Virus record (IMG/VR): IMGVR_UViG_3300024239_000011
Location: 248,001-312,000 of that record
Direction: 5' to 3' (one strand)
DNA: 64,000 bases
The translations under genes were made by a program, and so were the position numbers. Below the pieces are notes generated by a model. The model was not told the DNA's origin. It saw only the letters and a list, made by a program, of their open reading frames with translations, and made no database searches. Shown here one piece after another: positions 19,580 through 29,163 of the stretch (positions within the stretch are counted from its first letter, which is position 1; each line of letters starts with the position of its first letter).

Positions 19580-20179
19580 TTACCCAAGAACAGTGTGCTT
19601 TTCGATGGGCGGAAGACCACGGTTCTCTCGGATCATGTTGATGGACATGCAGCCCTGCTCGATAGCATCATCCAGGGACACGTGGGTATGGGGTAGTTTG
19701 TCGAACCAACGCTTCGGATATCGGCTTTTCACGCTATGACGGAACTCGCACTTCTGCATCGCCATACCGAAGGACTTCATGCATAGTCCAGCATGTCCCA
19801 TGGGGTCTTGACCGGTGTACCGGATCAAGTACCAATGGACCCACATGTAATCGAACGCCGCAGGGTATCCCACAAAGATGGGGCGCAGACCACGGTTCAC
19901 CGTCACATCGGTGAGCCATGCAAGATACCGCTTCATTGTCTGTTCGCAGTCTTGTTGATTCACCTGGGTCGCATTCCAGGCGTCTGGGAACTTAGCCCAG
20001 AATTTCATCGTCTCGGGGTCTTGGACCGCGCCGGGGTAGGGTAGGACGTTGGTAGTAAAACTACTGGTCACTTCCTTGTCTATGGTCATAGCAACACTTG
20101 CGAAGCTAAGCATCGAGTTGATGGCAGGAATAGGACCGTCGCTTTCAATATCCGTGCTGATGTAGATTTCGCCGCTCAT
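19580..20179 (-). CDS. DEDDh 3'-5' exonuclease (RNase AS/Rv2179c-like)
   Basis: YISTDIESDGPIP, AFDY, H.SLDDAIEQ. Confidence 0.8.
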   Translation of the reverse strand: MSGEIYISTDIESDGPIPAINSMLSFASVAMTIDKEVTSSFTTNVLPYPGAVQDPETMKFWAKFPDAWNATQVNQQDCEQTMKRYLAWLTDVTVNRGLRPIFVGYPAAFDYMWVHWYLIRYTGQDPMGHAGLCMKSFGMAMQKCEFRHSVKSRYPKRWFDKLPHTHVSLDDAIEQGCMSINMIRENRGLPPIEKHTVLG

Positions 20180-20235
20180 AGTTCTTCTCTCAGGTTGACT
20201 GAAGAACCTAACGCGACCAAACTCAGGTGGTCAAT

Positions 20236-20793
20236 TTATTCGGTGCGGTCGAGGAAGCGATCAAATCGCTGATTAACAAGACGAAGAAGTTGGTCATTCT
20301 TGGGTCCGATGGTGTTCCGAACACGACCATTTGCCATGGTCGCAAGATATGCCACCGGTTTGTTGGCGCGGTTGCGCAAGAAATACAAGCGCACTACATC
20401 ATTACCTTCTTGATGGGTAATGTGAGAACCATCCCGAAAACCATGTTCTTCTTTGCCGGGCTTAGTTGGGTCTGTCCATACGGGACCGAGCTTGGTCAAC
20501 CCAATGTTCTGCCCGTCTCCGATCACCACCAGACCAAATTGCTCCACGAAGTGTTTGATGTGGTTGACGAAGTATGGGTGCTTAAATTCCGGCTGGACGT
20601 TGGTTATGTGAGTGACGCAGCCGCGCTTCACCACCATTGTGTTCAATGGCTGATTGTCTGGTGATACCAACACGTAGGTGCGGGCGCCGTTGACGGGGAT
20701 AACCAGTTCAACGATCTCAGCAACATGGTCGTCTCCGGGAAACGACATGATTGTTTTCTTCGGTTGGGTTGGGAATTGTTCAAGTCCAAGCAT
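20236..20793 (-). CDS. Hypothetical late protein
   Basis: TAAATA (20799-20804, minus strand) 5 nt before the ATG. Confidence 0.65.
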   Translation of the reverse strand: MLGLEQFPTQPKKTIMSFPGDDHVAEIVELVIPVNGARTYVLVSPDNQPLNTMVVKRGCVTHITNVQPEFKHPYFVNHIKHFVEQFGLVVIGDGQNIGLTKLGPVWTDPTKPGKEEHGFRDGSHITHQEGNDVVRLYFLRNRANKPVAYLATMANGRVRNTIGPKNDQLLRLVNQRFDRFLDRTE

Positions 20794-20866
20794 ATGGTTA
20801 TTTATTGCGCGGACTTGACTTGGTTGGATGTAGATGATATTTTAAATGATCCAATAAGAGGAATAA

Positions 20867-21241
20867 ATGGATCGTTCTCGTGCAAAAGACAGGTCTTTTC
20901 GCGTATGCTTACTCATGGCGCGACTAATGAAAGACCCTGCATGCTATCCCGATGAACGGGATACCGCAGCAATGCGGATACGAGAAGCCATCGATAAATG
21001 GGGTTTCTGTCCGTCTGATTTTGGGTTGACGTGGGTTGACATTCCTCGGTTTTTACCCGGTGATAAGGAAAAATTTATCCAGGGATACAACGAGGGATAC
21101 CGGGGTATTTCCCATTCGGGGAATAGAGCGATTATTGACTATTATGAATCTGGTATTGATTGGGGTGATCATGACCGTCGCGTAAATTGGGTGCGTGATC
21201 CGAACTATGTTTGGTTGCGCTATACCGAACAAGTCGATTAG
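20867..21241 (+). CDS. Hypothetical protein
   Basis: GAGG RBS; clean ORF. Confidence 0.65.
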   Translation: MDRSRAKDRSFRVCLLMARLMKDPACYPDERDTAAMRIREAIDKWGFCPSDFGLTWVDIPRFLPGDKEKFIQGYNEGYRGISHSGNRAIIDYYESGIDWGDHDRRVNWVRDPNYVWLRYTEQVD

Positions 21242-22434
21242 ATAATCCGCTTGATCGTTTCGATCTGACCCGGTGGAACCAAGAACTCAGACTCGGCATC
21301 CTGATACCGTTCCTTGCCAGTCAACCGCACCTGACATTCGAGAATGCCGACATCCTTGGGGGATCGTCCAACCAGCTTGGTCACCAGGGTTTTGGGACTC
21401 ATGAACACCGGGTTCGGGCGTTTGATCTTGTTCATCCAGAGGTACCAGTTGTACAGGCTGGCGGTATCTTCGATGTCTGGGTTCTTGGGATCGCGAACGC
21501 TTGCGTTGATGTGTAGGATCGCTGATAAGCTGTCCATTCCAGGCGTACCCTTGAACTGGTCGAAGATTTTCTCACGCTGACACCAGTCCAAAATCTGACG
21601 GAATTTCAACTCGCCATTGGCGATCATCACCATTTCGATCAGGCAGCGCCGTAGCTCTTTGGCGATATGGATGTCATGAGTAAAGGAAATTTCGGTGGTG
21701 CTGATGGTCCCCAGACCCAACCGATCATCCGGTTTGCTCTCGTGGAACCCGTCCTTCTCGATCTCGGCGGCGAACGCAGAGGCGTGATAAAGAGTTTCTA
21801 CGTCGCCATGCGCCGGGCGCCGATCTTTCTCGTCGCCATAGAGGTGGGTCTTGCGGAGCCATTCCTTGAGTTTCGGGACAGTTTCGTTGTAGAACTGCTC
21901 CCACAGCTTAATCATTTCAGCCGTTTTCTTGAGAACTTCAACCGCCGCTTTGTGGGCAGCAAGCTCATCCGGTTCCATGTATTCCGGATTGAGGTATCCG
22001 TTCTCAACGTGTTTCTCGATTATTTGATCGACGTATGGGAACACCTTGACGATTTCTGCGCTACGGTATTGCTCGTAATTCCGCTCGACGCTTTCAATGA
22101 AAAGGTTCAGCCATTTGCGCGACTCGCCTTCACTGCGAAGAATCCACTCGGCAACGTTCTGCATGGAAGCAAAAGCATAGGTGTCGGAATTTATGCGTCG
22201 GATGAATGTCTCGATATACCAAAACGCATCACTGGCTTCGGGATCATCCAACATCACACGACTGGCGGAATACTCGAAATCGCGCCAAGCCGAGTCCGCT
22301 TTCTTTATGAGTGCCTGAAGTTCTTTCGCGCGCCGGTCAAAATCGGTAAGCGCCTTGATCCGCAGTTGGATGAAGATGGCGATATTGCGAGGTGCGTTTT
22401 GAATAGCTTCGGTGATGACTTCTCTGATGCGCAT
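21238..22434 (-). CDS. Putative head-packaged protein with ADP-ribosyltransferase-like C-terminal domain
   Basis: MRIREVITE leader; TLYHAS..I..DGF, ISFT, ESEFLV; TAAATA at 22457-22462. Confidence 0.55.
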   Translation of the reverse strand: MRIREVITEAIQNAPRNIAIFIQLRIKALTDFDRRAKELQALIKKADSAWRDFEYSASRVMLDDPEASDAFWYIETFIRRINSDTYAFASMQNVAEWILRSEGESRKWLNLFIESVERNYEQYRSAEIVKVFPYVDQIIEKHVENGYLNPEYMEPDELAAHKAAVEVLKKTAEMIKLWEQFYNETVPKLKEWLRKTHLYGDEKDRRPAHGDVETLYHASAFAAEIEKDGFHESKPDDRLGLGTISTTEISFTHDIHIAKELRRCLIEMVMIANGELKFRQILDWCQREKIFDQFKGTPGMDSLSAILHINASVRDPKNPDIEDTASLYNWYLWMNKIKRPNPVFMSPKTLVTKLVGRSPKDVGILECQVRLTGKERYQDAESEFLVPPGQIETIKRII

Positions 22435-22477
22435 AGTGTGTTCCTTCGTTCGTTCTTATTTACCCGAGTGAACGAAG

Positions 22478-22506
22478 ATTTGGTGCCCATGTGATGGGCA
22501 CCAAAT
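22478..22506. terminator. Hairpin, likely terminator
   Basis: ATTTGGTGCCCAT-GTG-ATGGGCACCAAAT just after the stop at 22510. Confidence 0.6.
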
Positions 22507-22509
22507 GTA

Positions 22510-23043
22510 TTACGATGCTGTATTCAAACTGGTGTACCAGTATGCGCCGTCGAGACCCGGTTCGATGATCGCAGTAATTGGCGTTCCGTCAAAAGCGGTC
22601 AACGGTGTTGCGATCAAGTTGAACTTCGGTTCATTTTTCGGTTTGCGCAGGCGTCGCAACATATCCCAACGTTGTGTTTGTGACATGGCCACCGTGGCTG
22701 GCAACTTACTGATGATTTCCTCGACCGCTATCACCGAGGTTTCGCCCAACCCGGAGAGCAGATCATACATCTGTTTTTCGGCATCGACGCGGTTCGGGGC
22801 GTCCTTGTCCACGGTCACGTCCAGGGTAATCAGACAATGCGGTCGCACACCCACGTTGAGGACCATCGTGGCATAGCGCGGCATGATTTCCGCCACCAAG
22901 ATGCCGTCGATGTAAATGTTTTCGACCTCGCCCTTTTTGTTGACGAGGACTTCAAACCCACGCCTTTCCGCAGCCTCCATCAATTGCCGGATGGCTTTTT
23001 TGGTGGTTTTAAAGCCACTGATGAACGAATTGGGATTTTTCAT
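22510..23043 (-). CDS. Hypothetical protein
   Basis: Start MKNPNSF with GAGG RBS. Confidence 0.65.
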   Translation of the reverse strand: MKNPNSFISGFKTTKKAIRQLMEAAERRGFEVLVNKKGEVENIYIDGILVAEIMPRYATMVLNVGVRPHCLITLDVTVDKDAPNRVDAEKQMYDLLSGLGETSVIAVEEIISKLPATVAMSQTQRWDMLRRLRKPKNEPKFNLIATPLTAFDGTPITAIIEPGLDGAYWYTSLNTAS

Positions 23044-23386
23044 GGTTAACCCTCGGTTTCCTGGCGCATGCGACGATCTTCCTCGCGATGCCATGCTTCG
23101 TCCTGGGCGGCTCGTCCAAGACTTTCTGGTTGTTGATGATCGGCGTACCGGGAATCTTATGGTCCCAGAAGCCGATAGTGACCGTGGTGACGTGCATGAC
23201 GGACGCCGGGTGGGCAATCCTTTCCCGCTTCATCACCTCGGGGTCAAGGTACGGCAGCGCCGACCTGTAGGCATCGGTGGTTCGCAGCCACGCCGTTGAA
23301 CATGTCGGCGGCTTCGGTCAGCCCAGCATTGCGGACTTGTTCGATCAGCGCCGATACCTGCTCGACGCCTTTGCTGTCGATACCAC

Positions 23387-23755
23387 TCATTGGGGAAATT
23401 CCTTCACAAATTCATCCCGCAATGCAGGGGCGGTGAATGCCAGCCACTTGGCGACTTGATCACGACGGACCAACCCAACCAACTTGGTCAAGTCGAGCGC
23501 GAAGGTACCGCGATCTTCGGGATAGAAGTTCAGCAGATCACCGATGATCAGATGAGCAGGGTCGCACAATTGGAAGTCGATGTTCCAATCCTGATGCGCC
23601 TGGAAGAACGCATGTGCGTCCTCACCAATGAACACCCGTCCGACCTCGGTGAATTCGAAGCTGTCGGCATACATCTTACCGTATTTGTTGCGCTGGTCCG
23701 TGAGGTAATACCCCAGGACCACGCCCATGATGGCGACCGGCTTACGCAGCGACAT
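23387..23755 (-). CDS. Hypothetical protein
   Basis: Start MSLRKP overlapping the upstream ORF. Confidence 0.6.
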   Translation of the reverse strand: MSLRKPVAIMGVVLGYYLTDQRNKYGKMYADSFEFTEVGRVFIGEDAHAFFQAHQDWNIDFQLCDPAHLIIGDLLNFYPEDRGTFALDLTKLVGLVRRDQVAKWLAFTAPALRDEFVKEFPQ

Positions 23756-23993
23756 CCCACAGCCCCTTGTCCTTAGCAGCGTCCACAACGCGCTTGTAAT
23801 GCTCGGGCATCTGACTGCCCAGCAACGCCAGGATGGTGCGCGGGACCGACTCGTAGTCGCTCGGCTCGTTGCTGCGACGGCGAATGATGCTGCCGTTGCA
23901 CACGTACATGTCCACCGGGATCGGACCCGTGCGATCCACCCCAACGAAGCGACATCCGCCACCATCATGAATGAATACCGGTTTCTCGGACAT
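23742..23993 (-). CDS. Hypothetical protein
   Basis: Start MSEKPV with AAGGGG RBS. Confidence 0.6.
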   Translation of the reverse strand: MSEKPVFIHDGGGCRFVGVDRTGPIPVDMYVCNGSIIRRRSNEPSDYESVPRTILALLGSQMPEHYKRVVDAAKDKGLWDVAA

Positions 23994-24120
23994 GGCAACC
24001 CCCTTGAAAGCTCCCTGAACTATACCACCCACATTTGTAAAGTCAATAGCAGTAGGGAAATAAAGCCGTTGTTTAACCACGGGCTAAATACACCTGAGTT
24101 AACTCGGGATTGGAATTTGG

Positions 24121-24522
24121 ATGGTCCAGAAGGTTAAGCAATCAAACATCTTCATTGGTTTTAGCTCTGAGGGTGCAACCCCAGACAAGACCAAGTTGTT
24201 TGATATCGAACTGGTGAAGCGCGATCTGCTCAATCACTTGTACACTGCTCGCGGTGAGCGGGTGATGAACCCTGAATACGGGTCGATCATATGGGAATTG
24301 CTTTTTGAACCATTGACCGAAGGCACTGCGGCGATGATTGTGGATGACGTGACGCGGATTGTGAATTCAGAACGGCGCCTTCAGTTGCAAAATTGCGATA
24401 TCGAGCCGTTGGAACATGGCATCCGCATCAAGCTGGACTTGCTGTTCCTGCCATACGACATCGTGGACACAATGTTTGCTGATTTTGACAAAAGAAGTTA
24501 TGAGCGCAGAGGTGGTGTATAA
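24121..24522 (+). CDS. gp25: gp25-like baseplate wedge subunit
   Basis: LVKRDLLNHLYT..GERVM.PEYGS.IWELLFEP; TAAATA at 24085-24090. Confidence 0.92.
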   Translation: MVQKVKQSNIFIGFSSEGATPDKTKLFDIELVKRDLLNHLYTARGERVMNPEYGSIIWELLFEPLTEGTAAMIVDDVTRIVNSERRLQLQNCDIEPLEHGIRIKLDLLFLPYDIVDTMFADFDKRSYERRGGV

Positions 24523-27500
24523 TGAGTCAGGGTATTCGACAAAATAATCTCTTATCCGGTGAAGACTGGAAGAAAATCTATCGTGCATTCACCTCGGTAA
24601 ATTTCTCTGCATACGACTTCGACACCATCCGTCAGGCGATGGTTGATTACGTTCGCATCAACTTTCCCGAAGATTTCAACGACTGGATTGAATCGTCTGA
24701 GTTTGTTGCGCTCATTGATCTTCTTGCGTATCTTGGACAGAGCCTTGCGTTCCGTATGGACCTCAACGCCCGTGAGAACTTCATTGATACCGCCGAACGA
24801 CGTGAAAGCATTTTACGTTTGGCGCGTCTGCTCTCATACAATCCACGTCGCAATTTCCCGGCAACGGGGCTGGTGAAGATTACCCAGGTCATCACCGATG
24901 AAGATATTCTCGACAGTAATGGCGTCAACCTCGCAAACACGCCGATTCTTTGGGACGACGCAAATAACCCCGATTGGTTTGAGCAGTTCATTCTTGTGAT
25001 GAATGCTTCGTTCGTGAAAACCAACCCCTATGGTCGTCCGGTTAATAATGGAATTGTGGGGCAGGTTCGCACGCATCTGTATGAATTTAACAATCAGAAT
25101 ATGGCTCGCACGTCTTACGCATTTTCTGCAAATGCGGGTGGGAACACTTTGCCATTCGAAATTGTTAATCCGAATTTTGAAAATGGTGCCGCGTTTTATG
25201 AACGTAGCCCAAATCCCGAAGAAGCTTTCCATATCGTTTACCGAAACGATGGGAATGGAAATAGTAGTTCGAATACCGGGTTCTTTTTGATGTTTAAACA
25301 GGGACAATTAAAGTATGAGGACTTTGAGCTTACTGTCCCTGTTGAAAATCGTGTTATCGAGATTAATACTGATGGTATTAATGATAATGATGTGTGGGTA
25401 CAAGAAGTTGATGAACAGGGGCGTATCCTAAACGATTGGACCAAAGTACCGACGATTACTGGTAACAACATCATTTACAATAGTATTAACCGCAATGAGC
25501 GCGATATCTTTCAAGTCATAACTCGTGATCGCGATCAGATTAGCTTGCGTTTCGCAGATGGACGTTTTGGTAACGTTCCAACTGGTGTGATCCGGTGCTG
25601 GTACCGCCAGAGCAGCGGTACTGAATATGAATTGCGTCCCCAGGATATCAGCGGATTCATTCTTAATATCCCTTATGTGAATAATCGGGGCGAAGTTCAC
25701 AACCTCGGTCTGCAATACGCACTACAGTACACTGTCACCAATGCTCAACAGCGTGAAACGATTGAGCAAATACGTCTACGTGCGCCACAGGTCAATCAGA
25801 CTTATGGTCGCATGGTCAATGGTGAAGATTACAACGTCTATCCATTGAATACTAATCGCGCGATCAAGCTGAAGGCGGTCAACCGGACTTATGCCGGGCA
25901 CAACCGTTACTTCGATCTTAATGACCCGACCGGTAAGTATCAGAATACCAATGTCTTTGCCGAGGATGGTATCATCTACCGGGAGTTTGAGTACAAATAT
26001 GATGAAGAACCGTTGCCGACTTCCAAGGATGCCAGTGAGATTATCTATGACCGAATTATACCAATGGTACAGGCACCGGAGCTTGCGAATTTCTACTACT
26101 GGTACGTGACAACAAACGACACCATCCACCCGCATGTCGGGGATTTTCGGGTCGAGAACACCACTACGTTGATCTGGCGTCGTGCTGAAAAAGCGTTATA
26201 TTCTTCGACTGGTGTATTTGGTACCAGTTTGACCAATCCGGTACCGGTGGGTGGAACAACAATTGGTGCCAGTCATTACATCACTGCGGGGGCAATCGCG
26301 AAGTTCCGGGATGCTGGTTGGGCCAATATCAAAAGTGTGCGGGGCGATGGTACCTATGTCGGAAATGGTGCAAGTGCTAGTGGACCTGGGGCAATTGAAT
26401 TGGATCAGGCGGTGGCAACGGGTGATCCGTTAGAATTTATTATTCCGACTTTCCGCCGGGTATTCATTGATGCCGAACTTGAAAAAATACGTGAGCAAAT
26501 TCGGGAAACCAATACATTTGGTCTACGCTATGATGTGTATGATCGGGCGTGGAAGGTCATCACTGCACCAAATCTAAACGAAGAGGCGGTATACAGCACT
26601 GAGTTTGCTGGCGATACCAGCCTGACGAATAAAGATGCAAGCTGGATGATTAAAGCGGTTTATACTCCAAGCTCGTGGAAGTTCACGTGCCGTGGTTTGC
26701 AGTATGTTTTTGAGAGCGACAAGGATGTTCGCTTCTTCTACTTCAACGGCTATAAGACGGTGGATATTGCGACCGCTAAGGCGGTTAAGGACTATATCCG
26801 TATTCTTAAGGTTAACAACAAGCCACTCAACACTGAGCAGTTTGGTGAGGATATAAAGTTTGAATTGTATGATTCGTTTATGTACGAAGACGGTCATATT
26901 GAGCCGCGCCGAGTGAAGATTAAGCCGGTTGATAGTGATGATGATGGTAACCCGGACAATCCATTGGCGTTTGATGCCGTGGTATATCCTCACCGGTTTG
27001 AACAGCCATGGGATACGACCCAAATACCATCACCAAATGAAGATTCGGTATGGGACTATCTGGTGTTCTGGCGTCTATACACTGATAATGACGGCTATCA
27101 GTATTATAAGCCTATGGTCAAGGGTTCGGATATTCGTCGGTACGAAGACACCGCAAATGTAGATTGGCAGTATGGTGATGTTGGTTATAGCCCAATTACC
27201 AAAAAGTTCTATGAGTGCTTGGTTGAGGGTCAGAAGCCTACCACCCCGGCTGCCGCTGGTAAATATGTAGCCCATGAGGGTCGTGGTCTTGTGTCCGAGG
27301 CGGAAGATGCTGGATTGCTTTTCCAGTGGCGTCACTTCGCGGCATTCGATCACCGGATTGACCCGGCGCCGTCGAATATCATTGATATGTTCGTGTTGAC
27401 CCAGGAATACTACAACCGCGTCACTACTTGGATCAACAGCAACCGCCGCGCCGCTGAGTTCCCCAAGGCGCCGACCAGCGATGATCTGCGTCAGTTGTTC

Positions 27501-27932
27501 ACCGATTTGAACGCAGTAAAGATGCAGGGCGACGAAGTGATCTACCACCCGGTGACGTTCAAGCCGGTGTTCGGTGAGAGCGCCCGCGAGGAATTGCGGG
27601 TCAAGTTCAAGGCGATCAAACTCCCCACCGCCACGCTGTCGGATGGTGAGATCAAGAGCCAGATCATCCGCTCGATCAATGACTTCTTCGTGATTGAAAA
27701 TTGGGACTTCGGGGAAAGTTTCTACTTTACCGAACTGGCGACCTACATTCACCAGAACCTCATTACCGAAATTGCTTCGGTGGTACCAGTCCCGATGAAT
27801 GAGGACGCAAAATTTGGTAACTTGTTCCAAATCCGTTGCGAGCCTGACGAAGTGTTTATCTCGACTGCTACCGTGGCGGACGTGCAGATTGTCACGACCT
27901 ATACTCAGTCGAATCTTCGGATCGGTAACTGA
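24522..27932 (+). CDS. gp6: gp6-like baseplate wedge subunit
   Basis: YDFDTIRQ.MVDY, ARENFIDTAERRES, FADG.FG..P, RMVNGEDY. Confidence 0.9.
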   Translation: MSQGIRQNNLLSGEDWKKIYRAFTSVNFSAYDFDTIRQAMVDYVRINFPEDFNDWIESSEFVALIDLLAYLGQSLAFRMDLNARENFIDTAERRESILRLARLLSYNPRRNFPATGLVKITQVITDEDILDSNGVNLANTPILWDDANNPDWFEQFILVMNASFVKTNPYGRPVNNGIVGQVRTHLYEFNNQNMARTSYAFSANAGGNTLPFEIVNPNFENGAAFYERSPNPEEAFHIVYRNDGNGNSSSNTGFFLMFKQGQLKYEDFELTVPVENRVIEINTDGINDNDVWVQEVDEQGRILNDWTKVPTITGNNIIYNSINRNERDIFQVITRDRDQISLRFADGRFGNVPTGVIRCWYRQSSGTEYELRPQDISGFILNIPYVNNRGEVHNLGLQYALQYTVTNAQQRETIEQIRLRAPQVNQTYGRMVNGEDYNVYPLNTNRAIKLKAVNRTYAGHNRYFDLNDPTGKYQNTNVFAEDGIIYREFEYKYDEEPLPTSKDASEIIYDRIIPMVQAPELANFYYWYVTTNDTIHPHVGDFRVENTTTLIWRRAEKALYSSTGVFGTSLTNPVPVGGTTIGASHYITAGAIAKFRDAGWANIKSVRGDGTYVGNGASASGPGAIELDQAVATGDPLEFIIPTFRRVFIDAELEKIREQIRETNTFGLRYDVYDRAWKVITAPNLNEEAVYSTEFAGDTSLTNKDASWMIKAVYTPSSWKFTCRGLQYVFESDKDVRFFYFNGYKTVDIATAKAVKDYIRILKVNNKPLNTEQFGEDIKFELYDSFMYEDGHIEPRRVKIKPVDSDDDGNPDNPLAFDAVVYPHRFEQPWDTTQIPSPNEDSVWDYLVFWRLYTDNDGYQYYKPMVKGSDIRRYEDTANVDWQYGDVGYSPITKKFYECLVEGQKPTTPAAAGKYVAHEGRGLVSEAEDAGLLFQWRHFAAFDHRIDPAPSNIIDMFVLTQEYYNRVTTWINSNRRAAEFPKAPTSDDLRQLFTDLNAVKMQGDEVIYHPVTFKPVFGESAREELRVKFKAIKLPTATLSDGEIKSQIIRSINDFFVIENWDFGESFYFTELATYIHQNLITEIASVVPVPMNEDAKFGNLFQIRCEPDEVFISTATVADVQIVTTYTQSNLRIGN

Positions 27933-27960
27933 GGGGTCTAGCACCCCTCAGTTTCTCTTC
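27927..27960 (+). terminator. Intrinsic terminator after gp6
   Basis: AACTGAGGGGT-CTAGC-ACCCCTCAGTT followed by pyrimidines. Confidence 0.65.
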
Positions 27961-28083
27961 TGTCAAGTCAATTTTACTTTTGCACAACGGGTCAAAAAGG
28001 AAATTTGACCTGAGGTCCATGACACTCGTAGTGTCCGTGTATTCGTCGTAAAGACGCTCTGACACTAGACTACGAGGTAACAC

Positions 28084-28479
28084 ATGGCAACCATCACTAA
28101 GACCGCAAAGCAGGCAGAAATCATCCGCACCGCTCTGGTCACCGACAAGCTCCCGACCGCTCTGCGCCCGTCCCTGAACAGCTACGCTACCACCCAGAAC
28201 TTCCCCCACAACGAAGACTTCGTGAAGACCATCGTTGCGCTCCGTCCGGAGTGGCTGCCGACCCGTTCGACCGAGATCAAGGGTTCGTTTGCGACCAACA
28301 AGAAGGCGCTGCTGCTGATGGCTGCTGCCGGTTGGAATAAGCCGCATGCCAAGACCAAGGTCGGCACCGCGCTGATCAACTATTGCTCGACCAAGCACAA
28401 GAACCATGACGCCGTGTTCGCCGCCACCATCAAGGCGCTGCGTCCGGATTGGTTCGGTGGCGAGCGCGTGCTGCCTTAA
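28084..28479 (+). CDS. Hypothetical protein with internal two-fold repeat
   Basis: KTIVALRPEWL and ATIKALRPDWF; GAGG RBS; strongly biased codons. Confidence 0.75.
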   Translation: MATITKTAKQAEIIRTALVTDKLPTALRPSLNSYATTQNFPHNEDFVKTIVALRPEWLPTRSTEIKGSFATNKKALLLMAAAGWNKPHAKTKVGTALINYCSTKHKNHDAVFAATIKALRPDWFGGERVLP

Positions 28480-28757
28480 TCTGTGATCTGGCTTTGGGCA
28501 CTTGTTTTGTGATAAGTGTCCAAAGTCAAGTTTTGGCCCGACGAATCATTTGAGGTATTTGATGCTTAGAGTTGTACTTGTTCGCCAGAAAATGAGTGAC
28601 ATTCGGGCGCGTGATTTCGAAGAGAAGTATATCGACGCCCCGTTGCCGACCACTCGTGCCGACTATGATGCGCTTCGGAAGAAGCTGTCGGAAGCTGGTG
28701 ATCTTCTTGGCAGCAACGCATGCATGATCATCAGCGTCACGGAAGTGGAGGCTGATG

Positions 28758-29162
28758 ATGCCTAAGATGACACGCCGTGGTTTCTTTGCTGGGTTGGTGG
28801 CGCTGGTCGCCAGTACGGCTCTTCCGAAGATTGCCACCGCCAATCCGACAAAGACCGAGGCGCTTGATCGGATACATACTCGCCGCGCGCTCATGACGAT
28901 CCAACAAGACATCGAGAAGGTGATGCGCGAGTTTGTTTTCGAACGAAATGACGCTGCCACGCGCGTCGCAGTTCGGAACAACCTGATCTCGATGCTCGAA
29001 CGCTATATTCCCTACGATTACAGCGTTGTGTGCGACCCGACCAATAATACGGACGCTCGTATTGAGCGCGGTGAATTGTGGGTGGATATCGTGCTGAAAT
29101 TCGATCCCACCGACCGAGATTACATCTATATCCCCGCCCGTCTGGTCGGAATGAAGGTCTGA
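28758..29162 (+). CDS. Twin-arginine signal fused to a tail-sheath (gp18) C-terminal domain
   Basis: MTRRGFFAGLVALVA; ALDRI..RR, FVFE.ND..TR, YDY.VVCD.TNNT..RI.R.EL.VDI, YIYIP. Confidence 0.8.
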   Translation: MPKMTRRGFFAGLVALVASTALPKIATANPTKTEALDRIHTRRALMTIQQDIEKVMREFVFERNDAATRVAVRNNLISMLERYIPYDYSVVCDPTNNTDARIERGELWVDIVLKFDPTDRDYIYIPARLVGMKV

Positions 29163-29163
29163 T

